Below, one piece after another: positions 1 to 9,943 of a stretch of 64,000 bases of DNA. The translations under genes were made by a program, and so were the position numbers. Positions within the stretch are counted from its first letter, which is position 1, and each line of letters begins with the position of its first letter. This DNA is from an uncultured Candidatus Saccharibacteria bacterium. GTDB lineage: Bacteria > Patescibacteriota > Andersenbacteria > UBA10190. The notes beneath the pieces were generated by a model that saw only the letters and a list, made by a program, of their open reading frames with translations, did not search any database and was not told where the DNA came from. Location of the stretch: contig CAYJKV010000005.1 in assembly GCA_964371255.1 (NCBI GenBank), forward strand, positions 13,816-77,815. Direction: 5' to 3'.

Positions 1-17
1 CAAAATTGAATCGGAGC

Positions 18-587
18 TTACTTAGCCTCGCTTTTATCCGTACTTTCCGCTTTTCCAGTTTCTTGAGCCTCGTCTGTCTTCTCCCCTTCTGTGCTGACTT
101 CCTTCTGCTCTTCCTTCGCTTCCGCAGCTGCTTTCTCTGCCGCAATCTTTTTCCTTTCTTCCTTGGCCTGCGCTTCGGCTTCTCGCTTAACCTTGTCCTC
201 TGCTAATCGTTTCTTTTCACCCTCTTCCTTAATCAAGCGCTGCATGGACTTTACGTCTTCCGCAAATCGGCGTCGTCCCATTTGTCTTAGATACAATAGC
301 TTCGCCCGTCTAACCTTTTGTCTCTTCACAATAACAATATTCTGGATCAAAGGACTGTACAGCGGGAAAACTCTTTCTACTCCAAAACCACCCGTCTCGC
401 GGCGCACGGTAAATGTAGTCGATGGCCCGCTGCCGCGTATTCCCAACACCGTTCCCTCAAAGGCTTGTAGTCGCGACTTTTCGCCTTCCTGCACCTTTGT
501 TTCTACTCTGACAATATCGCCAGCTTTAAGAACCGGCCGTTCTACGCCGACGATCTGCTTCTTTTCAAAATATCTTAATAAATCCAT
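18..587 (-). CDS. rplS: 50S ribosomal protein L19 with a Lys/Glu/Ala-rich C-terminal extension of about 80 aa
   Basis: N-terminal 110 aa read as canonical L19 (..GDIVRVETKVQEGEKSRLQAFEGTVLGIRG..FTVRRE..GVERVFPLYSPLI..IVKRQKVRRAKLLYLR). The C-terminal half is low-complexity KEEA repeats. Confidence 0.85.
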   Translation of the reverse strand: MDLLRYFEKKQIVGVERPVLKAGDIVRVETKVQEGEKSRLQAFEGTVLGIRGSGPSTTFTVRRETGGFGVERVFPLYSPLIQNIVIVKRQKVRRAKLLYLRQMGRRRFAEDVKSMQRLIKEEGEKKRLAEDKVKREAEAQAKEERKKIAAEKAAAEAKEEQKEVSTEGEKTDEAQETGKAESTDKSEAK

Positions 588-723
588 AGCTAACTCTCGC
601 TTTGTAGTAATTAAAATCTACACTAAAGGGTAAACAACATAATAATCACTAAGCTATTATAAGTCAATATTATTGACCTATATTCACAGCCTGCCCGGTT
701 TTTCCCATTCGTATCTCGATTAT

Positions 724-1311
724 TTAGGGCAGAAACACCACTGTCATCTCTTGAGCTCTCACGCCATGTGCCAGCGCTTCCTGTCGGCTTGGTTTCCATA
801 TATCAACCACATACTTATTATTAAACCTCTCATTCATACGGTCCTGAACAACGTAGACCTTACCATCAAGTTTAACTTTGCTCCCCAGTGGCAAAAAGTT
901 TGCCGCCATGATTCCTGGACCAACTATCGCGCCGCTAGCCGTTATAAACGGATTACCGTCTGTCTGATCAACCGTTGAGGAATAAGCTGTCACCAGCACC
1001 CTGACTGCACTGCCTTCGGCTAAAGAGGATCTTACTTGGAAAGGTTCAGCCCGTAAGACCCGCTCAAATGTTCTGGCCTGCGGCCACTCATCAATACCTA
1101 CAACCGCCATCCCCTCCAGTGCTGGGTCGCGTTGAAACTCCAGGCTTGAGCCTGATATCCCAAGTTTAGTATTAAAAGCCAGCGTTTGTGCCGGGAATAT
1201 GCTCACACCAGCAAAGATCAGTAAGATAGTTAACTCTAATCCGTCCAAAAACCTTGCTCCTGCCTTATGGAGAAGTTGACCCCCCTTTGTTTGGGTCAGG
1301 GAGTTAGTCAT
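724..1311 (-). CDS. 3D-domain (DPBB fold) cell-wall-associated protein with an N-terminal signal anchor
   Basis: The C-terminal segment VLVTAYSSTVDQTDGNPFITASG..GPGIMAANFLPLGSKVKLDGKVYVVQDRMN matches the 3D / MltA-like motif pattern. An N-terminal hydrophobic segment is present. Confidence 0.55.
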   Translation of the reverse strand: MTNSLTQTKGGQLLHKAGARFLDGLELTILLIFAGVSIFPAQTLAFNTKLGISGSSLEFQRDPALEGMAVVGIDEWPQARTFERVLRAEPFQVRSSLAEGSAVRVLVTAYSSTVDQTDGNPFITASGAIVGPGIMAANFLPLGSKVKLDGKVYVVQDRMNERFNNKYVVDIWKPSRQEALAHGVRAQEMTVVFLP

Positions 1312-1486
1312 ATTTATTTATAAAAAGCTTGATTGTTGCGAATCAAGCTCACCTTTTATATTATCATATTTATGTCCACTAGTCAATGACGTATGAACAA
1401 CAATAGTGCACACATCAATCTATCCACGTTCCTTCGACTAATTATTGTTCTCACTCTCAATCTTATAGGTCGCCAAGCAAAATGCC

Positions 1487-2194
1487 TTAATACACTTCGA
1501 CCCGAACATGTCCTAATCCCCCGCTTATACCAATGGCCTGTTTAGTCGCGATCGTTAAGTCGGCCACACGGTTTCCGTATTTGCTTTGGTAAAAGCCGCC
1601 TGTATCCGTGATCAACACATCTACCGACTGCCCAGAGTTAATATTAGTAACTTTGGCCCTATAACCAACTAAGTGTTTTTTATCGGCGCCGATAGCCATA
1701 GTGAGGGCATGGTCGTTCAATGGTTGCCCATTAGCCATGATTCTAAGCGGGTTACAGCCTAAACAGCCGGCCCGGCTATAATAACTGGCTTCACCTTGCA
1801 GCACCACAGGAGCGCCCCCGCGAGGCAATACCCGCTCCGTCACATATGATTCGTTATCGGCCGATGCCAGTTTCCTAGAGGTCCAATCACCTTTCTTTGT
1901 TTCCACCATGGAATTTGCCGTTACCGATCCAGCCGTTCTTTGGGTATATTCCGGTTCACGCACCACCTCCGCGCCATCCTGCCAATCCTCGCTATGCAAG
2001 AGCTGCACTTGTGCCACCAGCTTTTTAGCCGGGGCTTGAGTGTAATCTACTTCAAAAGCCAGCCCGACCTGCGGTACTAACGAATAAGCCAGCACTGCAG
2101 CCATTAAGGTTATTAAGTTTATTCTTTCTGCGATGGATTTTCTTGTTTTGTGTTTGTTTCCTAAAATGCATATCGCTGCCAATAATAAGGCCAT
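1487..2194 (-). CDS. RlpA-like double-psi beta-barrel domain protein (secreted)
   Basis: The C-terminal GEASYYSRAGCLGCNP..IMANGQPLND..LTMA...V.NINSGQSVDVLITDTGGF resembles the RlpA/expansin-like DPBB core (ASWYG..G..TA.G). An N-terminal signal or TM segment is present. Confidence 0.5.
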   Translation of the reverse strand: MALLLAAICILGNKHKTRKSIAERINLITLMAAVLAYSLVPQVGLAFEVDYTQAPAKKLVAQVQLLHSEDWQDGAEVVREPEYTQRTAGSVTANSMVETKKGDWTSRKLASADNESYVTERVLPRGGAPVVLQGEASYYSRAGCLGCNPLRIMANGQPLNDHALTMAIGADKKHLVGYRAKVTNINSGQSVDVLITDTGGFYQSKYGNRVADLTIATKQAIGISGGLGHVRVEVY

Positions 2195-2627
2195 AAAAGC
2201 ATTTAAGGATTAACACAGTAAGGTTTTCCCAAAGGGACCCTGGTGGGAGCGAATATGGCATTTCGCCTATTTCGCTAAAACTGTCCTGGGCTGCCTATAA
2301 CTCATTAATTGGCTGTTTGGGGCTTAGGGGCCCGCCCAGCCACCCCTAAATGGGGTTAATGAGGGCAACAAAAAAGCCTGATAGAACTATTCCTATCAGG
2401 CAAAACAGAGCATAATACCATAACCACATAATATGTCAAGACACGTTTTCTGGCCCTCGTCAAACCCTGGAAACGCGAAAAAACGACCTGAATTTCGCTG
2501 AAGACATCACTCTCTTGTTACTAATGCCTAACTGTCAGCTGGATTATTGACCTCGATAAAATCAAAAGCTAGAGATACAATCAAAAATCATTCTTCATCC
2601 TCATCCGCTCGTGATATAATATAACCA

Positions 2628-3473
2628 ATGATCAAACATTATCTTTCTATACTTGGTATCAGTTTACTGATTGGTGTGTCTTCTTCGACGGCTCAGGCGC
2701 AAACACCTAGCCAAGCACTTCTCTCCTCCCCTACTGCCGAGTCGAATAGTGTCACCGCAGATTCAGCTATTGAAGAGCTATCAGACTCAGATCTTTCCGT
2801 CGATCTGGCCGCTGAAGCCCTGCCCACCCAAAATCAATTTACTTACCGCTGGGAGAACATGCGCAACAGTGTCCTTCGTTTCTTTACGCTGAAAGCGGAA
2901 AATAAAGTCGAACTCTACGAGCGTCATTTGCATACCCTGGATCGCAAACTGGCTGCCTGCGCAGAAATTGGCGATGAGCAATGTACGGAGGCGATAGAAG
3001 CCCGTATTGAGTCACTCACCGCGCGTGCCACAAACTACTTGGAACGTCGCGAGGAACTTCGGGACAAACTGCAGGATAAATTCCAGGCCTGGCGCCAGCA
3101 TCGCGAAGCCATGATCACTGAACGCCAACAGCGGGTCGCTGAACTTAAAGACAAACGCGAAGAATTAGTCGCTGCTCGTCAGGCAGTTACGGAACAAGCC
3201 CGTCAAAACCGAGCTGCTCGGCAAGAGGAGATAAAGACCAACATACAGGAACAGCGCGAACTGATTGAACAAAATATTGATCAGCGTCAAGAGATCCGTC
3301 AGGAGATCCGACAAGACGCCCAAGAACAAAAACAGCTTAATCTTGAACAGCGGCGCGAAAATCAGGAGCAGCTAATTGAGATGCGAAGCCAAAACGTTAA
3401 AGACAAATTGGATAACACCCGCGCTAAAGTCGAGGCTCGCCAGGAAGCTGCTGCCACTCTCGACGCTGAATAA
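2628..3473 (+). CDS. Secreted coiled-coil protein rich in Q/E/R (hypothetical)
   Basis: Signal peptide MIKHYLSILGISLLIGVSSSTAQAQ, followed by a long heptad-like Q/E/R/K-rich sequence. No catalytic motif is visible. Confidence 0.5.
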   Translation: MIKHYLSILGISLLIGVSSSTAQAQTPSQALLSSPTAESNSVTADSAIEELSDSDLSVDLAAEALPTQNQFTYRWENMRNSVLRFFTLKAENKVELYERHLHTLDRKLAACAEIGDEQCTEAIEARIESLTARATNYLERREELRDKLQDKFQAWRQHREAMITERQQRVAELKDKREELVAARQAVTEQARQNRAARQEEIKTNIQEQRELIEQNIDQRQEIRQEIRQDAQEQKQLNLEQRRENQEQLIEMRSQNVKDKLDNTRAKVEARQEAAATLDAE

Positions 3474-3476
3474 CAA

Positions 3477-4085
3477 CTACCCCTGTTTCATTCCGCTCTT
3501 TTTCTTCCTGCTTACCCACCACTCATCGTTCTTGTCCGCAAACCACCAGTGATCAGAATCTGTTTTTAGGATGCGTAAAGCCAGCCGCTTGGCTGGTTTT
3601 GTTATCAGACGTTTAACTGCTGATGGAATCCATGTCTTGGCCCTGGCGTTTCCAGTATCCGCCTGTTCTTTCAAGGATAATATCCAGTCAAGATTATCTG
3701 CATCCTTAGCCAGCCTGGCCTCCTTGGTCCGCCGTTCCTTATATTCCCGGATTATTTCTAGAATATCCTGTCCAAATGGTAAAGTTGCCGCCAAATCTTC
3801 CACCGCCTTTTGCTCATCTGCCTGTGCGTACTTCTGATGCACATAATTCAAGTCTGATGTCCTGGCTTCTGCCAGGTCATGAAAGAGACACATTTTCAAT
3901 ACCTTCTCCATATTTACCCCCTTTTCCATTTGTGCCAGCGCGTAGCCGATAAACACATCACGACAAATATGTTCCGCCACAGACTGCTTACCGCTGCCCA
4001 GAAAATAAAAGCCGCTGCGCGGCGTTTCCGCCAATATCCCAACCTCAAACAGAAAATCCACTATTTGTGCCGTGTCTTTAGACAT
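3477..4085 (-). CDS. HD-domain phosphohydrolase (YfbR-like 5'-deoxynucleotidase family)
   Basis: Carries the H..HD..E metal-binding pattern (SVAEHI....LFHDLAEARTSD) typical of HD hydrolases. Confidence 0.7.
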   Translation of the reverse strand: MSKDTAQIVDFLFEVGILAETPRSGFYFLGSGKQSVAEHICRDVFIGYALAQMEKGVNMEKVLKMCLFHDLAEARTSDLNYVHQKYAQADEQKAVEDLAATLPFGQDILEIIREYKERRTKEARLAKDADNLDWILSLKEQADTGNARAKTWIPSAVKRLITKPAKRLALRILKTDSDHWWFADKNDEWWVSRKKKSGMKQG

Positions 4086-4135
4086 CTAGTCAGCTTAGGG
4101 ATTTTCTCGAAATAAAAAAAGCCCTAGCGTTTATG

Positions 4136-4396
4136 CTAGGGATTTATCGCGATTTTATCCTTCTTACGGTCTCGCCAGAACCAGATATAAATCCCGTAAA
4201 TCCAATTCATTGTATAAGCAATGTTTAGGAGAAATACTCCCCACTGGTCATTCAGATAAGATGTAATAAACCAAAAAGGAGCACTCACCAACCCAATCAC
4301 AAATCCCCACTTATTTTTCCGTGCCACCAAGAAAATAGCCGTCACACCGGTCACGGTTATCATTATTTGGCTGATTAAATCGAGCGTCATCATCAT
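4136..4396 (-). CDS. Small integral membrane protein (2-3 TM, Trp-rich)
   Basis: 86-aa ORF that is mostly hydrophobic helices. No recognisable family. Confidence 0.4.
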   Translation of the reverse strand: MMMTLDLISQIMITVTGVTAIFLVARKNKWGFVIGLVSAPFWFITSYLNDQWGVFLLNIAYTMNWIYGIYIWFWRDRKKDKIAINP

Positions 4397-4424
4397 TCCT
4401 TAAATAAATATTACCACTGCTTCT

Positions 4425-5963
4425 CTACCTTCCGCCAAATCGCCTCAGGTCTCTGGCCAGCAACCACTCTACCGGCGCATAATCATCGGTAAAAATTACC
4501 GTATTCTCACTCGGTTCTTCTAATCCTTCAATTAATTGCGCGGGCAATGACGATAGTATACTGCCAGGCATTAAATTTTCCGGTTCCGCTATCTCCACCC
4601 GCTTGCTAGTCTTAAACCCCACAGCCGCGATGTTTTGAATGTCTTTCGTATCCGGATCTACCGCCGCAAAAAAATAACTGTTCGGCCATACCTTACGCCA
4701 GGTCGCAATTTGCGCCGTCGCGTAGGTTGTCTCTTCTACACCTACATTACCAATCAAATTAGCCACCATAACGCCATTAGCGCTGGTTTTATCTCGCGCT
4801 AACTGTAGAAACTCAAAGGTTGCTAAATGCGGAGGCACATTCCATCCTCGATACGCGTCCAGGTAAATTAAGTCGTATTCACCCGGCGATTTATGCAAAT
4901 ACCTCCGGCCGTCCTCAATGACTACCCTTAAACGCTCACTATCTGGCACTTGAAAATAACGCCTTGCTAAACCAAATAACCTCGGCTCGATTTCCGCCAC
5001 GTCGACTCTAACAGCCGGATCATTTTCTAATAACATCTTAGGCACTATCATCGCTCCCCCGCCGATTACCAGCGCCTTGTTCAATTCCGGCCTGGTCAAT
5101 TTATATAATTCAAAATACTTGTTAAACCCAAACGCCGTTTCCCCGTCCGGCAACAAAATAGCGCTTTCCGCCGTCGCGTCCTGCCAAAGTATACGGGCTA
5201 GCCTGCCTTCATAGATCGTATCGGTTATCGTTATCCGGTCATACAAACCATCTATCATATAAACTACCTTATCCGACCATCTTCCCTGTTGTATTACCCA
5301 CAAAGACATGCCGACCATTACAGCCATTACCACAAAATTAGTCGTCCTTTTCCTACTGCTAAACAATCTTTGGCTATTACCGAGCAGCCCTATACCAAGT
5401 AGCAACAAAGCCACCCCGGTGACAATTAGTCTGAGGCCATAATGTGGGATTAGGTAAAATCCAGTTAAGAAGGTGCCGACAATACTGCCTGCCGTCCCCC
5501 AAAAAAATATACTACCGGCCACCGTCCCGGCCCCCTCCTCGGGCTGTGATTTATGCTGCAAAGCCACCGCGTATGGTGATACCATACCCAGCAATAACGC
5601 TGGGCCAAAAAACAGCAGCACGCTAAATACTGGCGGGCCGCTTACCATTGAGAAAAAATTCACGCTCATAGGCAAGAGGAAGGCTAGTAACAGTTGCAGC
5701 GCCAGCACACTCAAACCACTCAGAATAATTATATTAAACAGATATTCCTCTTTAGTGTACTTATCCGCTATCCGTCCCCCTAAATAATAACCGACACTCA
5801 GTGCGGCTAAAACCACACCAATCACACTCGAGACAGTAAATATGGTCGTGCCAAAAAACGGTGCCAGGATTCTAGTTGCCACCACTTCGACTACGAGTAC
5901 GCAGCCGCCCGTCAAAAAAACCACTGCTTTGAGCTTATTGTTCTTCACCCAGTTAATTAGCAT
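4425..5963 (-). CDS. Fused polytopic membrane domain plus spermidine synthase-like (PABS) aminopropyl/methyltransferase domain
   Basis: N-terminal half has about 8 TM helices. The C-terminal half carries a Rossmann GxGxG-type motif (VIGGGAM) and the spermidine-synthase-like block DLIYLDAY. Confidence 0.7.
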   Translation of the reverse strand: MLINWVKNNKLKAVVFLTGGCVLVVEVVATRILAPFFGTTIFTVSSVIGVVLAALSVGYYLGGRIADKYTKEEYLFNIIILSGLSVLALQLLLAFLLPMSVNFFSMVSGPPVFSVLLFFGPALLLGMVSPYAVALQHKSQPEEGAGTVAGSIFFWGTAGSIVGTFLTGFYLIPHYGLRLIVTGVALLLLGIGLLGNSQRLFSSRKRTTNFVVMAVMVGMSLWVIQQGRWSDKVVYMIDGLYDRITITDTIYEGRLARILWQDATAESAILLPDGETAFGFNKYFELYKLTRPELNKALVIGGGAMIVPKMLLENDPAVRVDVAEIEPRLFGLARRYFQVPDSERLRVVIEDGRRYLHKSPGEYDLIYLDAYRGWNVPPHLATFEFLQLARDKTSANGVMVANLIGNVGVEETTYATAQIATWRKVWPNSYFFAAVDPDTKDIQNIAAVGFKTSKRVEIAEPENLMPGSILSSLPAQLIEGLEEPSENTVIFTDDYAPVEWLLARDLRRFGGR

Positions 5964-6083
5964 ATCTCATGATTATGCGGTAGTAGCCAAGTACAGCGCA
6001 ATCCTACCGTACTGATCTGTTAAGCTGTTCATTACATCCTTAAAAAGGATTATGCTTAACATAAATTATCTCTTTTACTCATT

Positions 6084-6569
6084 ATGACTATCAAACGGCT
6101 CCCTATTCTGCTGTCCTTGTTGGCATTCTCCGTGATTGTTATGGTGGCTTTAGCCTCGTCGCCACAATCCGGCGTTATCTTATCTGCTAGTATCCCGCGC
6201 GAATATTCCGTCCCCAAGTGGCAATGCGACGTCATCTGCAAATGTTCCGCCCCAAGCATGATGTCCGAAATCTTCTATGAGGTAATTGGCACCACCTCTG
6301 GACAGGAAGTAGTTTGTGCTTTGACTGATCCCGCTCCTAACTCCAGCAACCCGGGTAATTATGGCATTCGCAATAGTAGTAACTGTAACACCGAATGCCA
6401 AGCAGCATATCCCAACCGCAACGATGTAAGAGGGGCTTCCATCGTCAGCAGCCGGCAGGCTTGTCACAGAATTGGCGAATGTCTTGTGCCCACTCTGATT
6501 AAATCAAGTTCACAACAAATCCGACCCGCCGAAAATCCGTCTTTGCCGATAAGTCTTTCATCCAGCTAA
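6084..6569 (+). CDS. Secreted Cys-rich hypothetical protein
   Basis: N-terminal signal peptide. At least 10 cysteines in 161 aa. S/N-rich. Confidence 0.4.
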   Translation: MTIKRLPILLSLLAFSVIVMVALASSPQSGVILSASIPREYSVPKWQCDVICKCSAPSMMSEIFYEVIGTTSGQEVVCALTDPAPNSSNPGNYGIRNSSNCNTECQAAYPNRNDVRGASIVSSRQACHRIGECLVPTLIKSSSQQIRPAENPSLPISLSSS

Positions 6570-6966
6570 TACATTCCTTTTAGTCCAAACCAGGCCTACT
6601 CTGGCACTGATTAATTAACAGACCATCCATACGCCAGCGGCGCGATTACTTTATTTATTATGAGTCAGTTCTGGGTTTTACTAGCAAACTGATGTCGCCT
6701 GGTGGCGTCGGAGCAGTGAAGCGATAAGGGAAGGGGTACCTACCCTCCTTCATATAATGAGCTCCTTCGTAAAACCGCATTCGAAGCTTTTAGCAGACTA
6801 CTACAGCTAATTTTTAATTAGCTAATTTTGGTACAAGAATTGCTAAAATGCACGATTTTAGCCTCTGCAAGGCTGCACTTGACTATTTATCAAAAAAAGA
6901 GTATCATATAAAGTCAGTTTTGACCATTCTTTGACAACCTATACCTCCCACTGAAAGGGGTTCACC

Positions 6967-7578
6967 GTGTCCACAATTCAGAGCATTCTGTCAGTGGTCG
7001 CTGGTCTGCTGTTCTTGGCTGGGTTCGTTCCCTACATTATCGCCATCGTTCGTGGCGAAACGAAACCTGCCAAAGCGTCCTGGGTCATTTGGGCATCACT
7101 CGACACCATCACACTCGTCGGTATGTATGTCTCTAACGCCATGAATGGACAAATCATCGGTGCAATGCTCGGTGCCTGGGTTGTGGTTGCACTGGCCATT
7201 AGGTACGGAAAGCCTGGATGGACAAAGCTGGACGCGTTCTGCTTGGTTGGAGCCGTTGTTGGCATCGTTCTCTGGCAAACGTTCAGTAACCCTGTTCTGG
7301 CAATCCTGACGAGCCAATGCGTCGTATTTATCGGTTCGATCCCAACGTTCGTGTCAGCTTGGCATGATCCCAGCAAGGAGGATCGGACTGCCTGGACGAT
7401 CTTTTGGCTGTCCTGTGTGGCTGCTGTGATTGCGATTCATTCGTGGACTCTACAAGACGCAGCCCAGCCTGTCACTTTCTTCACGATTGAGACAGTGATG
7501 ATGTATCTTCTGTACTTACGGTCTAGAGCTTCAAAGCTTCCTGAGAAGAGTGAGCCTATAAGTCCCAATTATGAATGA
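6967..7578 (+). CDS. Polytopic membrane protein (about 6 TM), hypothetical; GTG start
   Basis: Hydrophobic helices throughout. Locally GC-rich compared with the flanks. Preceded by an AT-rich region containing a 12-bp palindrome, aattagctaatt. Confidence 0.45.
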   Translation: MSTIQSILSVVAGLLFLAGFVPYIIAIVRGETKPAKASWVIWASLDTITLVGMYVSNAMNGQIIGAMLGAWVVVALAIRYGKPGWTKLDAFCLVGAVVGIVLWQTFSNPVLAILTSQCVVFIGSIPTFVSAWHDPSKEDRTAWTIFWLSCVAAVIAIHSWTLQDAAQPVTFFTIETVMMYLLYLRSRASKLPEKSEPISPNYE

Positions 7579-7613
7579 GTCGAGAACCGAACACCCCTAC
7601 AAAGGAGAGTAAG

Positions 7614-7826
7614 ATGACTCTACGTGTCGTCGGGTGGGGATGTCAGGCAGGCGAGATGTGTGAGCTCTGTTTCGAAAACAGAGCGACCGTCTACGTCACG
7701 GACACACAAGACAAAGGCATGGATTTGATTCCTGCCTGCAACTCCTGTGTGCCTCCTGGCTCTTGCCCAGACCCCATCGCTGATGTCTTCGCCCGAGTTC
7801 TGGAAAAAGCTTCCGCCAACCAGTAA
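7614..7826 (+). CDS. Small Cys-rich protein (two CxxC-type clusters), hypothetical
   Basis: AAGGAG ribosome-binding site 8 nt upstream of the ATG. Cysteine pattern GCQAGEMCELC ... ACNSCVPPGSC. Same GC-rich patch as the upstream membrane protein. Confidence 0.35.
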   Translation: MTLRVVGWGCQAGEMCELCFENRATVYVTDTQDKGMDLIPACNSCVPPGSCPDPIADVFARVLEKASANQ

Positions 7827-7942
7827 CAAAAGCGTCGATGTCAGACACCCCTAGTAGCTTACGAGCGAACGGGGTTTTCTTTACTCAAATTCCAAATAAA
7901 TAGGGTCAGGTAAATGGGTAAATGAAGTTCAGCCAACGTTTC

Positions 7943-8002
7943 TGCAATTTGCCGAACTTGCAGGCTTTGCCTGCAAACTGAGACCACTGTGTGGTGAAGG
8001 AG
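7943..8002. repeat. 60-bp direct repeat, copy 1 (59/60 identical to 9001-9060); contains an 8-bp-stem hairpin TTGCAGGC-ttt-GCCTGCAA and ends in GGTGAAGGAG
   Basis: Read directly from the sequence. A few partially similar bases also lie immediately upstream (cagccaac vs cagccacc). Confidence 0.9.
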
Positions 8003-8399
8003 TAGAAAAATCACGAAGTGGTGGAATGCAGGCGTCAGGTACTTTTATTCATTAGTCCCACTTCGCTTCCGCCAGTTAGCGGATGGTGGAGCTTCGCGGG
8101 ACCCTTCTTCGCATCTGTCTATGAAGTATCAGACAAGAAGAAATGGCTTTCCCGTCCTTCTTCGCCAAGGCTTCGAAGAACACTTCTTCTAAACTGGTCT
8201 GAAAATTGAATGTTATACCAAAGAAGGGCTTACGCTTCGAAGCTCCTGCGTCAGCAGGAGTGAAGAAGTGAGCTGGCACCAAAAATACACAGCGATGACA
8301 TATATTAATCATGAGAGATATCAATCTTCCGTCTTCCGTCAAAAGCGGGGCACGAGACAGCTAGTCGTGGTTCACCTAGTGCGCTAAACTGTTTCTTGT

Positions 8400-8957
8400 A
8401 TGTTTTATAATGTCTTGTTAGCTGCGGGATCGACCTCTAATCCGGCCCTCGAAGCAGCCATTGCCGTGGAAACTCATAGCTGGTGGTACTACTTCCTTAA
8501 TCCTTTATTGCTGCCAAATCTGGTACCTAGTGGTTACTTTTATTTAGAGAGCGTGTTGTGGATACTTCTAGTGATTGGTTTTGTTCTGCAAAAGAAACCT
8601 CGTCGCTACTATATAAGAAGAATGTCAATTGGAATGGGTATTGCTATAGTCATGGTTGGTTTAGGGCTAATAGTTCCCTCAGCGATAATTCTATTTACAT
8701 TGCCAATATCGCTGTGGATTATGGCGCATGCTCCTTATGTTTATCACTATAATCGTTATCCTGAAGGAATTGGTGATCAGCTGCTAATTATACATGCAAT
8801 TCTAGCGAATGTTCCTATTGCTGGTATATTTTCTGGTGCACTGGGTCACAGTAGTCGTATATATAAGTGGCTTTTTGTAATTGCTTTCCTTTTGCTTTGT
8901 GCCTACAGTTTGTTGATCCTGTTTATGTTTAGGTTTGCTGCTTCTGCTTACGGATAG
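8400..8957 (+). CDS. Polytopic membrane protein, hypothetical (AT-rich)
   Basis: 185 aa with 5-6 hydrophobic helices. Lies between the two 60-bp repeats. Confidence 0.45.
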   Translation: MFYNVLLAAGSTSNPALEAAIAVETHSWWYYFLNPLLLPNLVPSGYFYLESVLWILLVIGFVLQKKPRRYYIRRMSIGMGIAIVMVGLGLIVPSAIILFTLPISLWIMAHAPYVYHYNRYPEGIGDQLLIIHAILANVPIAGIFSGALGHSSRIYKWLFVIAFLLLCAYSLLILFMFRFAASAYG

Positions 8958-9000
8958 GAAACGTGGGGTCAATGATGAATATGCGGGCAGCCACCACTTA

Positions 9001-9060
9001 TGCAATTTGCCGAATTTGCAGGCTTTGCCTGCAAACTGAGACCACTGTGTGGTGAAGGAG
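9001..9060. repeat. 60-bp direct repeat, copy 2
   Basis: tgcaatttgccgaatttgcaggctttgcctgcaaactgagaccactgtgtggtgaaggag, differing from copy 1 by a single base. Confidence 0.9.
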
Positions 9061-9469
9061 CTAGAACAGACCGATCGGGGCGAACCTCAACCTGCTGGTC
9101 GGGCCTCGCTTTTATTATAGCGGGCCGCCCAGCCCTTGGCTGGAGCGAGCCTCGCTCAAAAATCGCTAGCAATTTTTGAGCTCCTTTTTGAGTGACGTGC
9201 TAACTGCGGTTAAGGATATGAAGGTTGTATTCTTTGTGCCTAACTATAGCAGTTCTGCCGCCTATTAGCCCATCTTGGGCAAGAGTAGAGCAACCACCCA
9301 CAACGGGGATTGTGACGTGGCGATGGCTCGTGGAGTGAGCGGCAAGCTGCTTCCTCTCTCTCCACTCGGACTGATGTAGACAGGAGGGATGGGAGCACCC
9401 TAAGACACTCTGCGCGTGTAGGGGTGGTGTTCCATTCGCGCTCGCATTTATATCAAATCCAACAACTAC

Positions 9470-9940
9470 CTAAATTATTCGAGCATCAAGACGTTTTTCG
9501 CTCGCGTCATATGTTATCCAAACAATCTTACCTTGCCACTCACTCGGTGGATTTTTCAGTCTCTCGCTCAACTCGCTCCACATTGCTTCTAGTTCCTTCT
9601 CTTGCTCTGGCAAGATAATGTTCAAGGATTGAGCGAACTCCACTTTGGTTACCGTCATCCATCCACGAAGGTGTTTCTTTGGCCTCATTCGCTTCATTAA
9701 TTTCCAGAGCGCAAGAAGTGTGCCCTGGAAAGCAGTCCACAGCGTCCCATCTCGCAGAAAAGCAACAATATCAAAATTAGCGAAAACAATTTTGACTACT
9801 TCCTGCAAATCACCGTAGGCCTCCGTTCGATACTGATATATGTCAACATTAAAGTTAACCGAACTAAAAATATCCTTTACTTCCTTGAGCTCGGCTGACG
9901 AAATATCACTGATGGCTAATTGGAATTTGTCTTTCTTCAT
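9470..9940 (-). CDS. Hypothetical 156-aa protein; downstream partner of the 766-aa membrane protein
   Basis: Sits 3 bp downstream of the preceding ORF on the same strand. AT-rich. No recognisable motif. Confidence 0.5.
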   Translation of the reverse strand: MKKDKFQLAISDISSAELKEVKDIFSSVNFNVDIYQYRTEAYGDLQEVVKIVFANFDIVAFLRDGTLWTAFQGTLLALWKLMKRMRPKKHLRGWMTVTKVEFAQSLNIILPEQEKELEAMWSELSERLKNPPSEWQGKIVWITYDASEKRLDARII

Positions 9941-9943
9941 TTG

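Noticed and set aside
91-633. 180-aa + strand ORF overlapping rplS
   Set aside because: Antisense to the L19 gene and low-complexity. Spurious.
2325-2345. About 12-bp shared string gcc(c)gcccagcc at 2330 and 9130
   Set aside because: Too short, and imperfect, to claim as a repeat family.
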